This document shows positions 38,497-47,519 of a stretch of 64,000 nt of DNA, one piece after another. The notes under the pieces are model-generated. The model saw only the letters and a list, made by a program, of their open reading frames with translations, was not told the DNA's origin and did not search any database. Position numbers and translations under genes: made by a program. This stretch comes from a virus. Positions within the stretch are counted from its first letter, which is position 1, and each line of letters starts with the position of its first letter. Where the stretch lies: the IMG/VR virus record IMGVR_UViG_3300050343_000218; one strand, 5' to 3'.

Positions 38497-38724
38497 TTAG
38501 TCTTCTTCCTCAGCCCATTCATTATCGAATGTTAGAGAAAATAGTTCGCCAGTATAGGGTCTGCCGTTGGAATCATACATTTCTGGATGGTCATATGGTT
38601 CTTCATCGTTACCGCCATTCATAGCAAAAACAACATCATTACCAACCCATCCAATAATAGTACCTAAGACAAAAAAGATGATGCAAGAAACCGCGCTAAA
38701 GAATAGCACAATGGATACTGACAC
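38497..38724 (-). CDS. Small membrane protein
   Basis: Transmembrane helix followed by HPEMYD motif. Confidence 0.7.
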   Translation of the reverse strand: MSVSIVLFFSAVSCIIFFVLGTIIGWVGNDVVFAMNGGNDEEPYDHPEMYDSNGRPYTGELFSLTFDNEWAEEED

Positions 38725-38727
38725 GAG

Positions 38728-38862
38728 TTACTCCTGTGGTTTTTTCTCCCACTCTAGTGACATACTAAAAAAGAATGTTTTGCGGAAGAGTTTAATTGAG
38801 GGATTAAAAGCGAACCCCGTACGCTCTATGGGTTCTTGAGGTTTTTTTGCCCTCCTTAGCAT
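38728..38862 (-). CDS. Small hypothetical protein (44 aa)
   Basis: Manual translation MLRRAKKPQEP...; ATAAATA just upstream. Confidence 0.55.
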   Translation of the reverse strand: MLRRAKKPQEPIERTGFAFNPSIKLFRKTFFFSMSLEWEKKPQE

Positions 38863-38891
38863 CAATTCTATGCCTTTATTTATCGGAGAGG

Positions 38892-39131
38892 TCACACCAA
38901 TCCTCTAGATTGAAACAGCTTTGCAGCGTCTACTAGTCCACCAACATTCTTCCCTTCAAATACTATTTGAGGAAACGACACAGAATCTTTATCGAGGATA
39001 TCTTTGATCTCCTCATCAGTAAAATCTTCATCAAGCTTCATTTCGACATAATCGATATCAGCACGTGTGAATAATTCTTTAGCGAGGGTGCAGTAGTTAC
39101 ACCCATCCATTGTATAGATGACGTTAGGCAT
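38892..39131 (-). CDS. nrdC: Glutaredoxin (NrdC-like)
   Basis: CNYC; SFPQIV..VGG. Confidence 0.85.
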   Translation of the reverse strand: MPNVIYTMDGCNYCTLAKELFTRADIDYVEMKLDEDFTDEEIKDILDKDSVSFPQIVFEGKNVGGLVDAAKLFQSRGLV

Positions 39132-39164
39132 AGTCAGGTAGGGACTAGAGAAATATTATACCAC

Positions 39165-39229
39165 AAAAAAAGGGAGGTGTCTGGATTTTGCCAGACTCTC
39201 CCTTTGCGGCGACGATATACTTTATTTAT
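39165..39229 (-). ncRNA. Candidate short late-promoter transcript / long hairpin terminator
   Basis: ATAAATA (39223-39229), then ATCGTCGCCGC, then AAAGGGAG-A-GTCTGG-CAAAAT-CCAGAC-AC-CTCCCTTT and a T run. Confidence 0.5.
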
Positions 39230-39435
39230 GAGAAGTGTTTATCCAGGACTTCAATCCTTTCCTCTTCGTGAGCAATGATATCAAGCTGATCTTGGATGGC
39301 AGCAAGTACATCAGGGTGCTCACCAATACCTACAGGATTGCGTAGATAAACTTCGACGTTTGTTTTTGCTTTGGAAATGTTACCTTCTGCTTGAGCACGA
39401 AGTGATTCCAGCATCATAAGGCGTAGATCGGACAT
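39226..39435 (-). CDS. Conserved hypothetical protein (YLRNPVGIGEH)
   Basis: ORF track. Confidence 0.75.
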   Translation of the reverse strand: MSDLRLMMLESLRAQAEGNISKAKTNVEVYLRNPVGIGEHPDVLAAIQDQLDIIAHEEERIEVLDKHFS

Positions 39436-39477
39436 AATAATTTAAATTGTTTTTATATTATGAAGCGATTAATCGCT

Positions 39478-39684
39478 TCATTTGTTGTATATATCTTCCA
39501 GTTTTTCTCTGGATAGATCAACGTACATCAACTCTTCACCTGCTTGTGGTGCTTCAGGATGCTTTGGTTTAGGTGCATTCATCTCTACGTTAATAGATTG
39601 AATGTTAGCCCACATCATAGCAAAGGCACCACCAGCAATGAGAGCAAAGCATATGAAGTATAGCGTTACTTCAAAACTATTCAT
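39478..39684 (-). CDS. Small membrane protein (DUF2973-like)
   Basis: Transmembrane helix followed by HPEAP..GEELMYV. Confidence 0.65.
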   Translation of the reverse strand: MNSFEVTLYFICFALIAGGAFAMMWANIQSINVEMNAPKPKHPEAPQAGEELMYVDLSREKLEDIYNK

Positions 39685-39803
39685 TGTGCTCCTTGATACG
39701 AAGGTACCATCATACCACCATCTTGATCATCATCATCGTCAGTTTCCTGAGAGATAACGAATAAGATGACGAGTCCTACCCATAGAAGGTATTCAAAATG
39801 CAT
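39681..39803 (-). CDS. Small membrane protein (40 aa)
   Basis: Manual translation MHFEYLLWVGLVILFVISQETDDDDDQDGGMMVPSYQGAQ. Confidence 0.65.
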   Translation of the reverse strand: MHFEYLLWVGLVILFVISQETDDDDDQDGGMMVPSYQGAQ

Positions 39804-40049
39804 TTATGCCTCCTGTAGTGATTGTACTGTGTTATGAAGCTCTCCAATGTCTAGGAGACCTTCAGCACTGAACCAGGGAGCATTCTCCCAACTAAATCCA
39901 ACGCCCATTGTGCTATCAGGTGCTACGATGTACCAATGACAAGCTGTGTCTGGTACATCAACAGCGCACTTACTCCAGTCATCGCTCCACTGTGGGACTT
40001 GTACCCACATCAACGCAGCAAATATAAAACTGAAGAGTGACTTGATCAC
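39804..40049 (-). CDS. Conserved picocyanobacterial-type hypothetical protein
   Basis: [23 protein letters not shown]; overlaps the psbD stop. Confidence 0.7.
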   Translation of the reverse strand: MIKSLFSFIFAALMWVQVPQWSDDWSKCAVDVPDTACHWYIVAPDSTMGVGFSWENAPWFSAEGLLDIGELHNTVQSLQEA

Positions 40050-41101
40050 AGTGCGTTACCTCGTGGCAGAACTTCTTCTGGGAAAATAAACTGTTCGTGT
40101 GGTTGATCAACTGGTGCCAACCAAGCACGCAGACCTTCATTCAAAAGGATGTTCTTTGTATAGAACGTTTCAAACTCAGGATCTTCCGCAGCCCGAATCT
40201 CCTGACTAACGAAGTCGTATGCACGGAGATTGAGAGCGAGACCAATAATGCCAATAGAAGAGGTCCAAAGACCCATAACAGGCACAAAAAGCATAAAGAA
40301 ATGAAGCCAGCGCTTATTGCTAAAAGCAATTCCAAAAATCTGAGACCAGAAACGGTTAGCCGTAACCATACTGTACGTCTCTTCCTCTTGCGTGGAATCG
40401 AAAGCCTTGAAAGTGTTTGCTTGTTCTCCATCTTCATACAATGTATTTTCAACTGTGACACCGTGGATTGCCGATAGCAATGCACCACCTAGGATACCAG
40501 CAACTCCCATCATATGGAATGGGTTGAGCGTCCAGTTATGGAAGCCCTGTAGGAAGAGTAGGAACCTAAATATCGCTGCAACACCAAACGACGGTGCAAA
40601 GAACCAACTGGACTGTCCGAGAGGATAGATGAGAAACACACTGACAAAAACAGCGATAGGCCCAGAGAACGCAATAGCATTGTACGGACGGATACCAATG
40701 AGACGTGACAGTTCAAACTGACGAAGCATAAACCCAATCAGGGCGAAGGCACCGTGGAGCGCCACAAAATTCCAGAGTCCCCCAAGTTGACACCATCTGA
40801 CGAAATCCCCTTGAGCCTCAGGACCCCAGAGAAGAAGAAGAGAATGACCCATAGCGTCAGCTGGAGTGCTAACTGCTGCCGTAAGAAAGTTTGCACCCTC
40901 AAGATAGGAACTAGCGAGTCCGTGGGTATACCAGCTCGTAACGAAAGTTGTGCCAGTAAGCCAGCCCCCAATAGCAAGATAAGCAGTGGGTAAAAGAAGA
41001 AGTCCAGACCAGCCAATAAAAACGAAACGATCTCGTTTAAGCCAGTCGTCAAGGATGTCAAACCACCCCCTCCTTTGTTGTTGTAGTGTTGACGCGACCA
41101 T
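40046..41101 (-). CDS. psbD: Photosystem II D2 protein
   Basis: [14 protein letters not shown]...[10 protein letters not shown]; uninterrupted. Confidence 0.99.
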   Translation of the reverse strand: MVASTLQQQRRGWFDILDDWLKRDRFVFIGWSGLLLLPTAYLAIGGWLTGTTFVTSWYTHGLASSYLEGANFLTAAVSTPADAMGHSLLLLWGPEAQGDFVRWCQLGGLWNFVALHGAFALIGFMLRQFELSRLIGIRPYNAIAFSGPIAVFVSVFLIYPLGQSSWFFAPSFGVAAIFRFLLFLQGFHNWTLNPFHMMGVAGILGGALLSAIHGVTVENTLYEDGEQANTFKAFDSTQEEETYSMVTANRFWSQIFGIAFSNKRWLHFFMLFVPVMGLWTSSIGIIGLALNLRAYDFVSQEIRAAEDPEFETFYTKNILLNEGLRAWLAPVDQPHEQFIFPEEVLPRGNAL

Positions 41102-41125
41102 TGTTTGTTTCCTTTAAATGTGTGT

Positions 41126-41515
41126 TCATTTACCGTAAGTGTCGTAACCAGATTCATCATCAGTTTTCTTAACCTCAGCTGCAATCTCTTGCTCGGTCTT
41201 TAGATGATGTGGTTTGTGCTCCCTATCCATAGGTTGCGATTTTGTAGAGTCGTCTCGGGAAAGATTCTTGATAACAAGAAAGGCATCTTTGTTGTACTTA
41301 CGGGTGCCAATAGGCGATTGCCATTTCTTGTTATAGTCTTCCCCGACATCTATACCAGATACCTGAGTTCCAGCGAGTTCAATAACGATCTGATCTCTGA
41401 GCAGATCCCACCCTAGAGTGGATAGCATTTCCCATAATCGTTCTTGAGTAAACCGTTCTCGGTCTACTAAAATGTCGTTCATAACGTGTTCTTCAGGATC
41501 AAGTTTACCAATCAT
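41126..41515 (-). CDS. Hypothetical protein between psbA and psbD
   Basis: ORF track; no homing endonuclease motif recognised. Confidence 0.7.
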   Translation of the reverse strand: MIGKLDPEEHVMNDILVDRERFTQERLWEMLSTLGWDLLRDQIVIELAGTQVSGIDVGEDYNKKWQSPIGTRKYNKDAFLVIKNLSRDDSTKSQPMDREHKPHHLKTEQEIAAEVKKTDDESGYDTYGK

Positions 41516-41562
41516 AATAATACCACGCAGATAAGGGGAACGATAAGAGTTAAAATACCTAT

Positions 41563-41590
41563 AAAAAACCCCCCCACATATGTGAGGGGG
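41563..41590 (-). terminator. psbA terminator
   Basis: C/G-rich hairpin followed by T6. Confidence 0.7.
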
Positions 41591-41611
41591 TGAGTACTAC
41601 CATCAGGCATA

Positions 41612-42688
41612 TCAGCCTACGGTAGGTGCGGTAAGAGCAACAGGAGTTGACTCAGCAGCAGCAAGATCCAATGGGAAGTTGTGAGCATTGCGCTCGTGCA
41701 TAACTTCCATACCAAGACCTGCACGGTTCAGCACATCTGCCCAGGTGTTCAACACACGACCTTGACCATCGATGATGGACTGGTTGAAGTTGAAACCGTT
41801 CAGGTTGAATGCCATCGTGGAAACACCAAGTGCGGTGAACCAGATGCCAACAACAGGCCAAGCAGCAAGGAAGAAGTGCAAGGAACGGGAGTTGTTGAAT
41901 GAAGCGTATTGGAAGATCAAACGACCGAAGTAGCCGTGTGCAGCAACGATGTTGTACGTCTCTTCTTCTTGACCGAACTTATAACCATAGTTCTGTGACT
42001 CTGTTTCAGTCGTCTCACGGACGAGTGAGGAAGTAACGAGACTTCCGTGCATAGCAGAGAAAAGAGATCCACCGAATACCCCAGCAACACCGAGCATATG
42101 GAACGGGTGCATAAGAATATTGTGCTCTGCCTGGAAGACGAGCATATAGTTAAAAGTACCAGAGATACCAAGAGGCATAGCATCGGAGAAACTACCTTGA
42201 CCGAAGGGATAGACGAGGAATACTGCACTCGCAGCAGCTACTGGTGCCGAGTAGGCAACACAGATCCAGGGGCGCATACCCAGGCGGTAAGAGAGTTCCC
42301 ACTCACGTCCCATATAGGCATAGATGCCGATCAGGAAGTGAAAGACTACCAATTGGAAAGGACCACCATTGTAAAGCCACTCATCGAGTGAGGCAGCTTC
42401 CCAGATGGGGTAGAAGTGGAGACCGATTGCGTTTGAACTTGGGACAACAGCACCAGAGATGATGTTGTTACCGTACATAAGTGAACCAGCAACTGGTTCG
42501 CGGATACCGTCGATGTCAACGGGAGGTGCTGCTACGAAAGCAACGATGAAGCAGATGGTAGCTGCCAACAAAGTTGGGATCATCAGCACACCAAACCAAC
42601 CAACATACAAACGGTTGTTGGTGGAGGTTACCCACTCGCAGAATGATTCCCACGAGGAAGTAGATTGTTGTCTTGAAAGAGTGGACAT
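41612..42688 (-). CDS. psbA: Photosystem II D1 protein (Glu130 form), no intron
   Basis: NRLYVGWFG...[14 protein letters not shown]; start trimmed to MSTLSRQ; MGREWE. Confidence 0.99.
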   Translation of the reverse strand: MSTLSRQQSTSSWESFCEWVTSTNNRLYVGWFGVLMIPTLLAATICFIVAFVAAPPVDIDGIREPVAGSLMYGNNIISGAVVPSSNAIGLHFYPIWEAASLDEWLYNGGPFQLVVFHFLIGIYAYMGREWELSYRLGMRPWICVAYSAPVAAASAVFLVYPFGQGSFSDAMPLGISGTFNYMLVFQAEHNILMHPFHMLGVAGVFGGSLFSAMHGSLVTSSLVRETTETESQNYGYKFGQEEETYNIVAAHGYFGRLIFQYASFNNSRSLHFFLAAWPVVGIWFTALGVSTMAFNLNGFNFNQSIIDGQGRVLNTWADVLNRAGLGMEVMHERNAHNFPLDLAAAESTPVALTAPTVG

Positions 42689-42701
42689 TGAAATTGAAAA
42701 A

Positions 42702-42796
42702 AGTAAGACCATCAGGGAATGGTGGAGTTACTATTCCTCTACGCCCTAGGCAGAGGTATTAAAGACGTGTTTAGACACCCTATAGGTCTTGGTTTG
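42702..42796 (-). ncRNA. PhotoRC-II-type cis-regulatory RNA in the psbA leader
   Basis: AAGACC...GGTCTT enclosing stem with internal CCTCT..AGAGG and CCAT..ATGG stems, directly 5' of psbA. Confidence 0.75.
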
Positions 42797-42852
42797 AGGA
42801 GTGTTACGAACCGTTAAGAAATGTTTTCTTTCCTTAACCTGTTGACTTATTT

Positions 42853-42881
42853 AGTATAACAGGAAACCCTCACAGCGTCAA
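42853..42881 (-). promoter_or_regulatory. psbA promoter TTGACG-N17-TATACT, with overlapping CTAAATA late motif just downstream
   Basis: Read directly from the minus strand. Confidence 0.75.
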
Positions 42882-44611
42882 CCCTCAAAAGATAAGCATA
42901 AGTGCTCATTAATGAGAGCGTCGTCTTGGACAAAATACACGTAGTCGAGCATAGAATCCTTGAGTGTGTCCAGTGCATCCTGCTTGGTATGCACCAGTGG
43001 TGCACCTGCAAGATTGAAACTAGTGTTCAACAGAATTGGAACCCCAGTGATCTGATGATACTCCCTAAGCACCTCAGCCATATACCCCTCTGTGACAGTT
43101 TGTATTCTGCACGTACCATCAACGTGGATCACTCCAGGAGCATTGTCTATGGCAATCTGTTTAGCTTTAAAACTAACAGTCATTTCAGGAGATGACTTGA
43201 GACCAAGAGTCTCAAAGTACTCTTCAAAATACTCTTCTAGGATAATACCAGCAAAGGGACGATACCATTCTCTCTTCTTAATTTCATTTACTTTGTCTTT
43301 CGCATCTCTACCACGAGGATCAAAGATGATAGAACGATGTCCCAATGCACGTGGACCTGCTTCAGGTTGACCATCATACAAAGCAATAGATCTATCCTTC
43401 ACAAGCAGCTCAGCAAGGTCTCTAGCGGTTGCAGATCTACCAGTAACTACAGGTTGTTCATCTAGATGATGATAGAAAGTATTGTTCTTGGGGTATGGAG
43501 TCTTGTCTGATGTATGTTGACGATAAAAATACCAAGCAGCACCCATACTATTACCAGTATCATCTGCATTGGGTTCAAAGTAGAAGCTTACATCTGGATT
43601 TTGCTCAATCAAATAGTTGTTAGCAACAACATTCAGTCCATAACCACCAGTAATAATCACATTATTAATTCCAGTATGCTTAACCCACTTCCGAACCAAA
43701 TAATTTAATGCCTTTTGAGTCTCTTTCTGCAAGTGCAGCGCCCAGTTTGCATAGGGTTGAAAATTTTCTCGGGTAACTTTACCTATGATTTTCATCTTAG
43801 GATTAGACACCGTGGTAGTCCAACTAGCGTGAGTAAAATACAGATCAAGTGGAGTAGATCCCATAAACAATGAAGGAAAATACTGTTCTTCACCGTAAGC
43901 TGCAAGACCCATAGTCTTACCATTCTCTAACGGACCTTCGCCAATCAATGTAGTACCACTTTCATATACTTTAGTGATACCAAATCCACTACGATAGTTC
44001 AACTCCACGCCAGGTTTCTTTGCTTGCATCTTCTTGATGAAGTCTTCGTAACCAGCAGGATTATTCTTTGGTGTCCTAGGATTCCCAGGATTACGCATCC
44101 AGTAAGCTTTATACAGTTCTTTATACAAAGCTGGTTGACGCATCAAATATACAGACTCACATTCTCTACCAATCCACTCTGCTTCAAGATTGCCAGATCC
44201 ATCAATGCCAACTGGTTCATCACCAGGGTCATAGATCTGAGACCCATCACGATCGATAACAAAGACTAAAGCAGTCTCCATTGCAGCATTATTATATGCA
44301 TTGAAAGCGTGAGAAAGGTGATGGTCTCCTGTAAAGTCTACAACCATCTCAGGTGACAACCCTGTCTTCTTACAAACGAAGCACCTGAAGGTGTCAGAAA
44401 AAGGAGGACAAGCAGTAGGAGATTGTATGACTGCCATATCAATCTTCCCCTTCGCTGCTTCAATTGCCTTCTCGATGGCAATGAAGGGTTGCTTATCTCG
44501 TTTCTCTCCTGTATACCTCTCTTCCTTTCCAAAGTACTCAAGCTCACCATCATTGATGACGCAGACACTGGAATCGTGAGCAACACTGATTCCTAGAACT
44601 CTATAACTCAT
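42878..44611 (-). CDS. NodU/CmcH-family carbamoyltransferase
   Basis: LGIS..HDSS; EERY..K; HHLSHA; GKTMGLAAYG; GPRALGHRS; KREWYRPFA; HVDGTCRIQTV; LNTSFN. Confidence 0.92.
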   Translation of the reverse strand: MSYRVLGISVAHDSSVCVINDGELEYFGKEERYTGEKRDKQPFIAIEKAIEAAKGKIDMAVIQSPTACPPFSDTFRCFVCKKTGLSPEMVVDFTGDHHLSHAFNAYNNAAMETALVFVIDRDGSQIYDPGDEPVGIDGSGNLEAEWIGRECESVYLMRQPALYKELYKAYWMRNPGNPRTPKNNPAGYEDFIKKMQAKKPGVELNYRSGFGITKVYESGTTLIGEGPLENGKTMGLAAYGEEQYFPSLFMGSTPLDLYFTHASWTTTVSNPKMKIIGKVTRENFQPYANWALHLQKETQKALNYLVRKWVKHTGINNVIITGGYGLNVVANNYLIEQNPDVSFYFEPNADDTGNSMGAAWYFYRQHTSDKTPYPKNNTFYHHLDEQPVVTGRSATARDLAELLVKDRSIALYDGQPEAGPRALGHRSIIFDPRGRDAKDKVNEIKKREWYRPFAGIILEEYFEEYFETLGLKSSPEMTVSFKAKQIAIDNAPGVIHVDGTCRIQTVTEGYMAEVLREYHQITGVPILLNTSFNLAGAPLVHTKQDALDTLKDSMLDYVYFVQDDALINEHLCLSFEG

Positions 44612-44643
44612 AAAAAAAGGGAGCGTATGCTCCCCATATTATA
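44612..44643 (-). terminator. hli terminator overlapped by a TATAAT -10 element
   Basis: TATAAT-AT-GGGGAGC-ATAC-GCTCCC-T7 directly before the carbamoyltransferase ATG. Confidence 0.65.
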
Positions 44644-44661
44644 ACAGGTTATTGGTATTTA

Positions 44662-44769
44662 TCACCAGATACCAGGGATGATTTGTCCTGTCGTTGCGTA
44701 AGCACCGATTGCTGCGATGATACCGAGCATTGCTGCCCAACCGTTAATGCGTTCTGCGTTTTCGTTCAT
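44662..44769 (-). CDS. hli: High-light-inducible protein (35 aa)
   Basis: Manual translation MNENAERINGWAAMLGIIAAIGAYATTGQIIPGIW. Confidence 0.95.
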   Translation of the reverse strand: MNENAERINGWAAMLGIIAAIGAYATTGQIIPGIW

Positions 44770-44915
44770 TGATTTTCCTCGATAGTTTTGTTGGTGATGA
44801 TGATCTTTTGACCATCGTGTGTAAATTGCAACTCATCATCTGGATGCCACATAAGCTCTTCGTACATATCGTCAAGCTTCTGCATATCCTGATAGAGTTG
44901 ATTAGGATTGGACAT
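44766..44915 (-). CDS. Small hypothetical protein (49 aa)
   Basis: Manual translation MSNPNQLYQDMQKLDDMYEELMWHPDDELQF... Confidence 0.7.
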   Translation of the reverse strand: MSNPNQLYQDMQKLDDMYEELMWHPDDELQFTHDGQKIIITNKTIEENQ

Positions 44916-45129
44916 CAAGTTCTAGAAAGAATTTGGTTTGATCACTAGGGGAGTTCTCGTAGATAGAACTGTCACCATATTCTTTGTGATCTTTGTACCC
45001 AACCATACGACCTTTCGTATTTTGGATCGCTCCCATCATAGCAATGATCAAGAAGATTGCAGGTGGTCCGATGATAAGGGCACCTCCAATGACATAATAT
45101 GTAAGAATTTCAAGTAGGGAAGGTTCCAT
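44902..45129 (-). CDS. Small membrane protein
   Basis: ORF track; transmembrane helix. Confidence 0.65.
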   Translation of the reverse strand: MEPSLLEILTYYVIGGALIIGPPAIFLIIAMMGAIQNTKGRMVGYKDHKEYGDSSIYENSPSDQTKFFLELDVQS

Positions 45130-45347
45130 TAAATACCGAATGCGCCGAAAAAGAATAGACTACCAGTGGTAGCGTAGGAAACAAGTGCTGCAACAAAACC
45201 AAGCATCGCTGTGCGACCGTTGAGTTTTTCTGCACGTTCTGCATAAGTCTCATAACCATAACGCTCAGCGTCCGTCTGTGAGATATACATTCTGGGTTCT
45301 GTGGCGTACATATTCGTACGTCCACCGTCTTCAGTTGTTACAGTCAT
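45129..45347 (-). CDS. hli: High-light-inducible protein (long form)
   Basis: AEKLNGRTAMLGFVAA; start trimmed to MTVTTEDGG. Confidence 0.92.
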   Translation of the reverse strand: MTVTTEDGGRTNMYATEPRMYISQTDAERYGYETYAERAEKLNGRTAMLGFVAALVSYATTGSLFFFGAFGI

Positions 45348-45371
45348 AGAAGTTTTGTTAACTTGTGTTAC

Positions 45372-45401
45372 ATTATATAGGAAGGGGGAACCGTCTGTCA
45401 A
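45372..45401 (-). promoter_or_regulatory. Sigma70-type promoter TTGACA-N18-TATAAT for the hli cluster
   Basis: Read directly from the minus strand. Confidence 0.75.
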
Positions 45402-45435
45402 GAGTCTGACTGTTAGAATTTGTTAACAATTCAGA

Positions 45436-45636
45436 TTAGTAATCCTGATCTCTCAGGATGCTCTTACAAGTTTCCGAGTTCCTTTTACAGAACTGTCGTA
45501 CGTGTCCGTGGACATCGTGCTCCATAGTTTGGTGAGCTCGCGTGTGAACAAATTCGATGAACCCTAGGGTTCCAAAGATCGTAAAGATCAAAACGAATGC
45601 AGGATGGGTAAGACCACGAAGAAGGTAACGCATCAA
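45436..45636 (-). CDS. Small membrane-anchored hypothetical protein
   Basis: ORF track. Confidence 0.6.
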   Translation of the reverse strand: MMRYLLRGLTHPAFVLIFTIFGTLGFIEFVHTRAHQTMEHDVHGHVRQFCKRNSETCKSILRDQDY

Positions 45637-45668
45637 AAAAGGGGTCCGAAGACCCCCGTATTATAGCA
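45637..45668 (-). terminator. UUCG-loop terminator overlapped by TGCTATAAT
   Basis: TATAAT-AC-GGGGGTC-TTCG-GACCCC-T6. Confidence 0.7.
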
Positions 45669-45682
45669 GACTGTCAAGTGGA

Positions 45683-46054
45683 TCAGAAGTTGTACTTCAC
45701 ACCGAGCTTAGCTCCGTAACCACGGTCAAGATCTTCGTCACCAGATCCAACGAATGAGACTTCACCATATGCACCGAGGGCATCGGTCACAGCGAAACCA
45801 ACACCTGCCTTACCTGAAGGAACGGTATCAGCGTCACCACCATCGGGAGTCAGCACGGTAGCGCCGCCCTGAACGTAGTAGGAACCACTTTCGCCAAGAG
45901 CACCTTCGTAACCTACGTGCAGGTCTGTTCCAGCACCATTGTACTCCGATCCAGTCCAACCAGCATTGGTCTCTACGTTAACGTAGGGTCCTGCGAAAGC
46001 AGCACCAGCAGAAGCGAACAGAGCAGCGGAAGCTGCGAATACAGTTTTGATCAT
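45683..46054 (-). CDS. Signal-peptide outer-membrane beta-barrel-like protein
   Basis: AxA signal peptide, alternating beta strands, terminal KYNF. Confidence 0.7.
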   Translation of the reverse strand: MIKTVFAASAALFASAGAAFAGPYVNVETNAGWTGSEYNGAGTDLHVGYEGALGESGSYYVQGGATVLTPDGGDADTVPSGKAGVGFAVTDALGAYGEVSFVGSGDEDLDRGYGAKLGVKYNF

Positions 46055-46133
46055 TTGTTTTAGAAAATTAAGTATGTCTCGTAGAGTTTAACCTACGGAT
46101 GAAAGAAGACTCGACAAGTCTTCGTTGTAACGA

Positions 46134-46592
46134 TTAATTACAAGTTTTATTTATACTTGCAACTTTGTCAAAGAAGTACGGGTTTTGCCCACCGAAGATG
46201 TGCTCTCCGTCCTTCGTGCCGTAATCATAGCACTCGATGGTGTCTTCTGTCAATCTAAAATGAGACTTGACTTGAGCACCACGGGCAGTGCATAGAGGAC
46301 TGCCCTTTCCAATCCACACCTCAAGGCGAGGATCGAAGACACAAAGCATATCACAGTTCTCGTTCCTTGTCCAGTCACTGAGATAATTCCTGACCAGGAC
46401 TTCAGTGTCGGAGAAGTAAACGAGATCGTGATAGCGTTCGCGATAGATCTTACCGTCGTACATATACTTCTGTACGACGTGGATAGACCCGTCCTCAGAT
46501 AGGTCATAGGTAAGTTGAACGTGTGAGAAATCAGTGGGACGTGACTGAGCTTGTTTAATGTTGTCCCACTTACCGATTAACCAGTCTCTCAT
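46134..46592 (-). CDS. cpeT: CpcT/CpeT-type bilin lyase
   Basis: G.WDN..QAQS.P..FSHV..Q.Y..YRERY; NCDM; Y..DYG..FG. Confidence 0.85.
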   Translation of the reverse strand: MRDWLIGKWDNIKQAQSRPTDFSHVQLTYDLSEDGSIHVVQKYMYDGKIYRERYHDLVYFSDTEVLVRNYLSDWTRNENCDMLCVFDPRLEVWIGKGSPLCTARGAQVKSHFRLTEDTIECYDYGTKDGEHIFGGQNPYFFDKVASINKTCN

Positions 46593-47202
46593 TTTGAGGT
46601 TGTATTGTCAGATTGTAACTGACGATAATTTTATCATCAGTGTCTTGATTTTTTTCTGTCTCGTGTTCCAACCAACCAGGGAACATCAGTAGTGTTCCTG
46701 TCTTAGGTTCGACATCCATAGTTTTTGCTGTCTGAAAAATCAAATCTTCATCGAAGAGGTGATTAATCAATGGAGCAATAGGATTGAAAAAAGTAATCGG
46801 TCCTGCAAGAGTAGGTTGCCTGAAGTAATACGCACCACTCACCATAGAATTACTATGAGAATGACGAGGAATATAAGCTCCAGGTTCATACACAGTCCAC
46901 CACGCTTGATAGGTAGAGAACTTGATAGTGTCACAGAACAACTTTCTGTATGTGTCATACAGGTTCTGCATAATGTGACGCATCAGAGGTCGATACCTCT
47001 CTTCATTAAACAAATTGAAATCATAATATGATGTAATCCCGTGCTCGTGAGGATCAAATGTTTCTGAACGATCTTTGGAATAACCACCTTTGTTCAGGAT
47101 CCACTCTCTATCCTTGTAGATAATCTCTTCTATCTCACGAAAAGGAGGTGGGTTTGTGTCCACCTCCAGCACAGAAAAAACATCACGAGTATGTTTCTTC
47201 AT
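46570..47202 (-). CDS. 2OG-Fe(II) oxygenase (TIGR02466-like)
   Basis: AWW..HSH..SGAYY..FPGWLEH..KIIVSYN. Confidence 0.85.
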   Translation of the reverse strand: MKKHTRDVFSVLEVDTNPPPFREIEEIIYKDREWILNKGGYSKDRSETFDPHEHGITSYYDFNLFNEERYRPLMRHIMQNLYDTYRKLFCDTIKFSTYQAWWTVYEPGAYIPRHSHSNSMVSGAYYFRQPTLAGPITFFNPIAPLINHLFDEDLIFQTAKTMDVEPKTGTLLMFPGWLEHETEKNQDTDDKIIVSYNLTIQPQNERLVNR

Positions 47203-47519
47203 CCGAGCGAGATAGTATCGCTAGCAGATGCTCCAGCAATTACATTGTCACCAAAACTGATAACATCTTGCCCACCAAAGACTCCATAACCATAGTCTAC
47301 TGCTTCAGCAGCGTGGTTCTGGTAGTCAGCACTGCTGAAAGAGAAGTTGATACTATCATCAGCTTCAGCAGTATGCTTGTGGTTGTCAGCGATGTGACGC
47401 AACCCCAAGTAGTGACGCCACAGTTCAGCAAGCGTATTGGTCTCTTCATTTGTGTTGAGACCGTGGATGACTGCTTCTTTAGCAGCTTCCACGGCAACTT
47501 TGTACTTAGTGCAACTCAT
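47199..47519 (-). CDS. Hypothetical protein
   Basis: ORF track. Confidence 0.65.
   Translation of the reverse strand: MSCTKYKVAVEAAKEAVIHGLNTNEETNTLAELWRHYLGLRHIADNHKHTAEADDSINFSFSSADYQNHAAEAVDYGYGVFGGQDVISFGDNVIAGASASDTISLG

Noticed and set aside
40046-42688. Introns or homing endonucleases in or between psbA and psbD
   Set aside because: Both reading frames are continuous and full length, and the intervening ORF shows no HNH, GIY-YIG or EndoVII motif that I can recognise.
45660-45677. TTGACA next to TATAAT as a canonical promoter pair
   Set aside because: The spacer is only 6 nt; only the extended -10 is credible.
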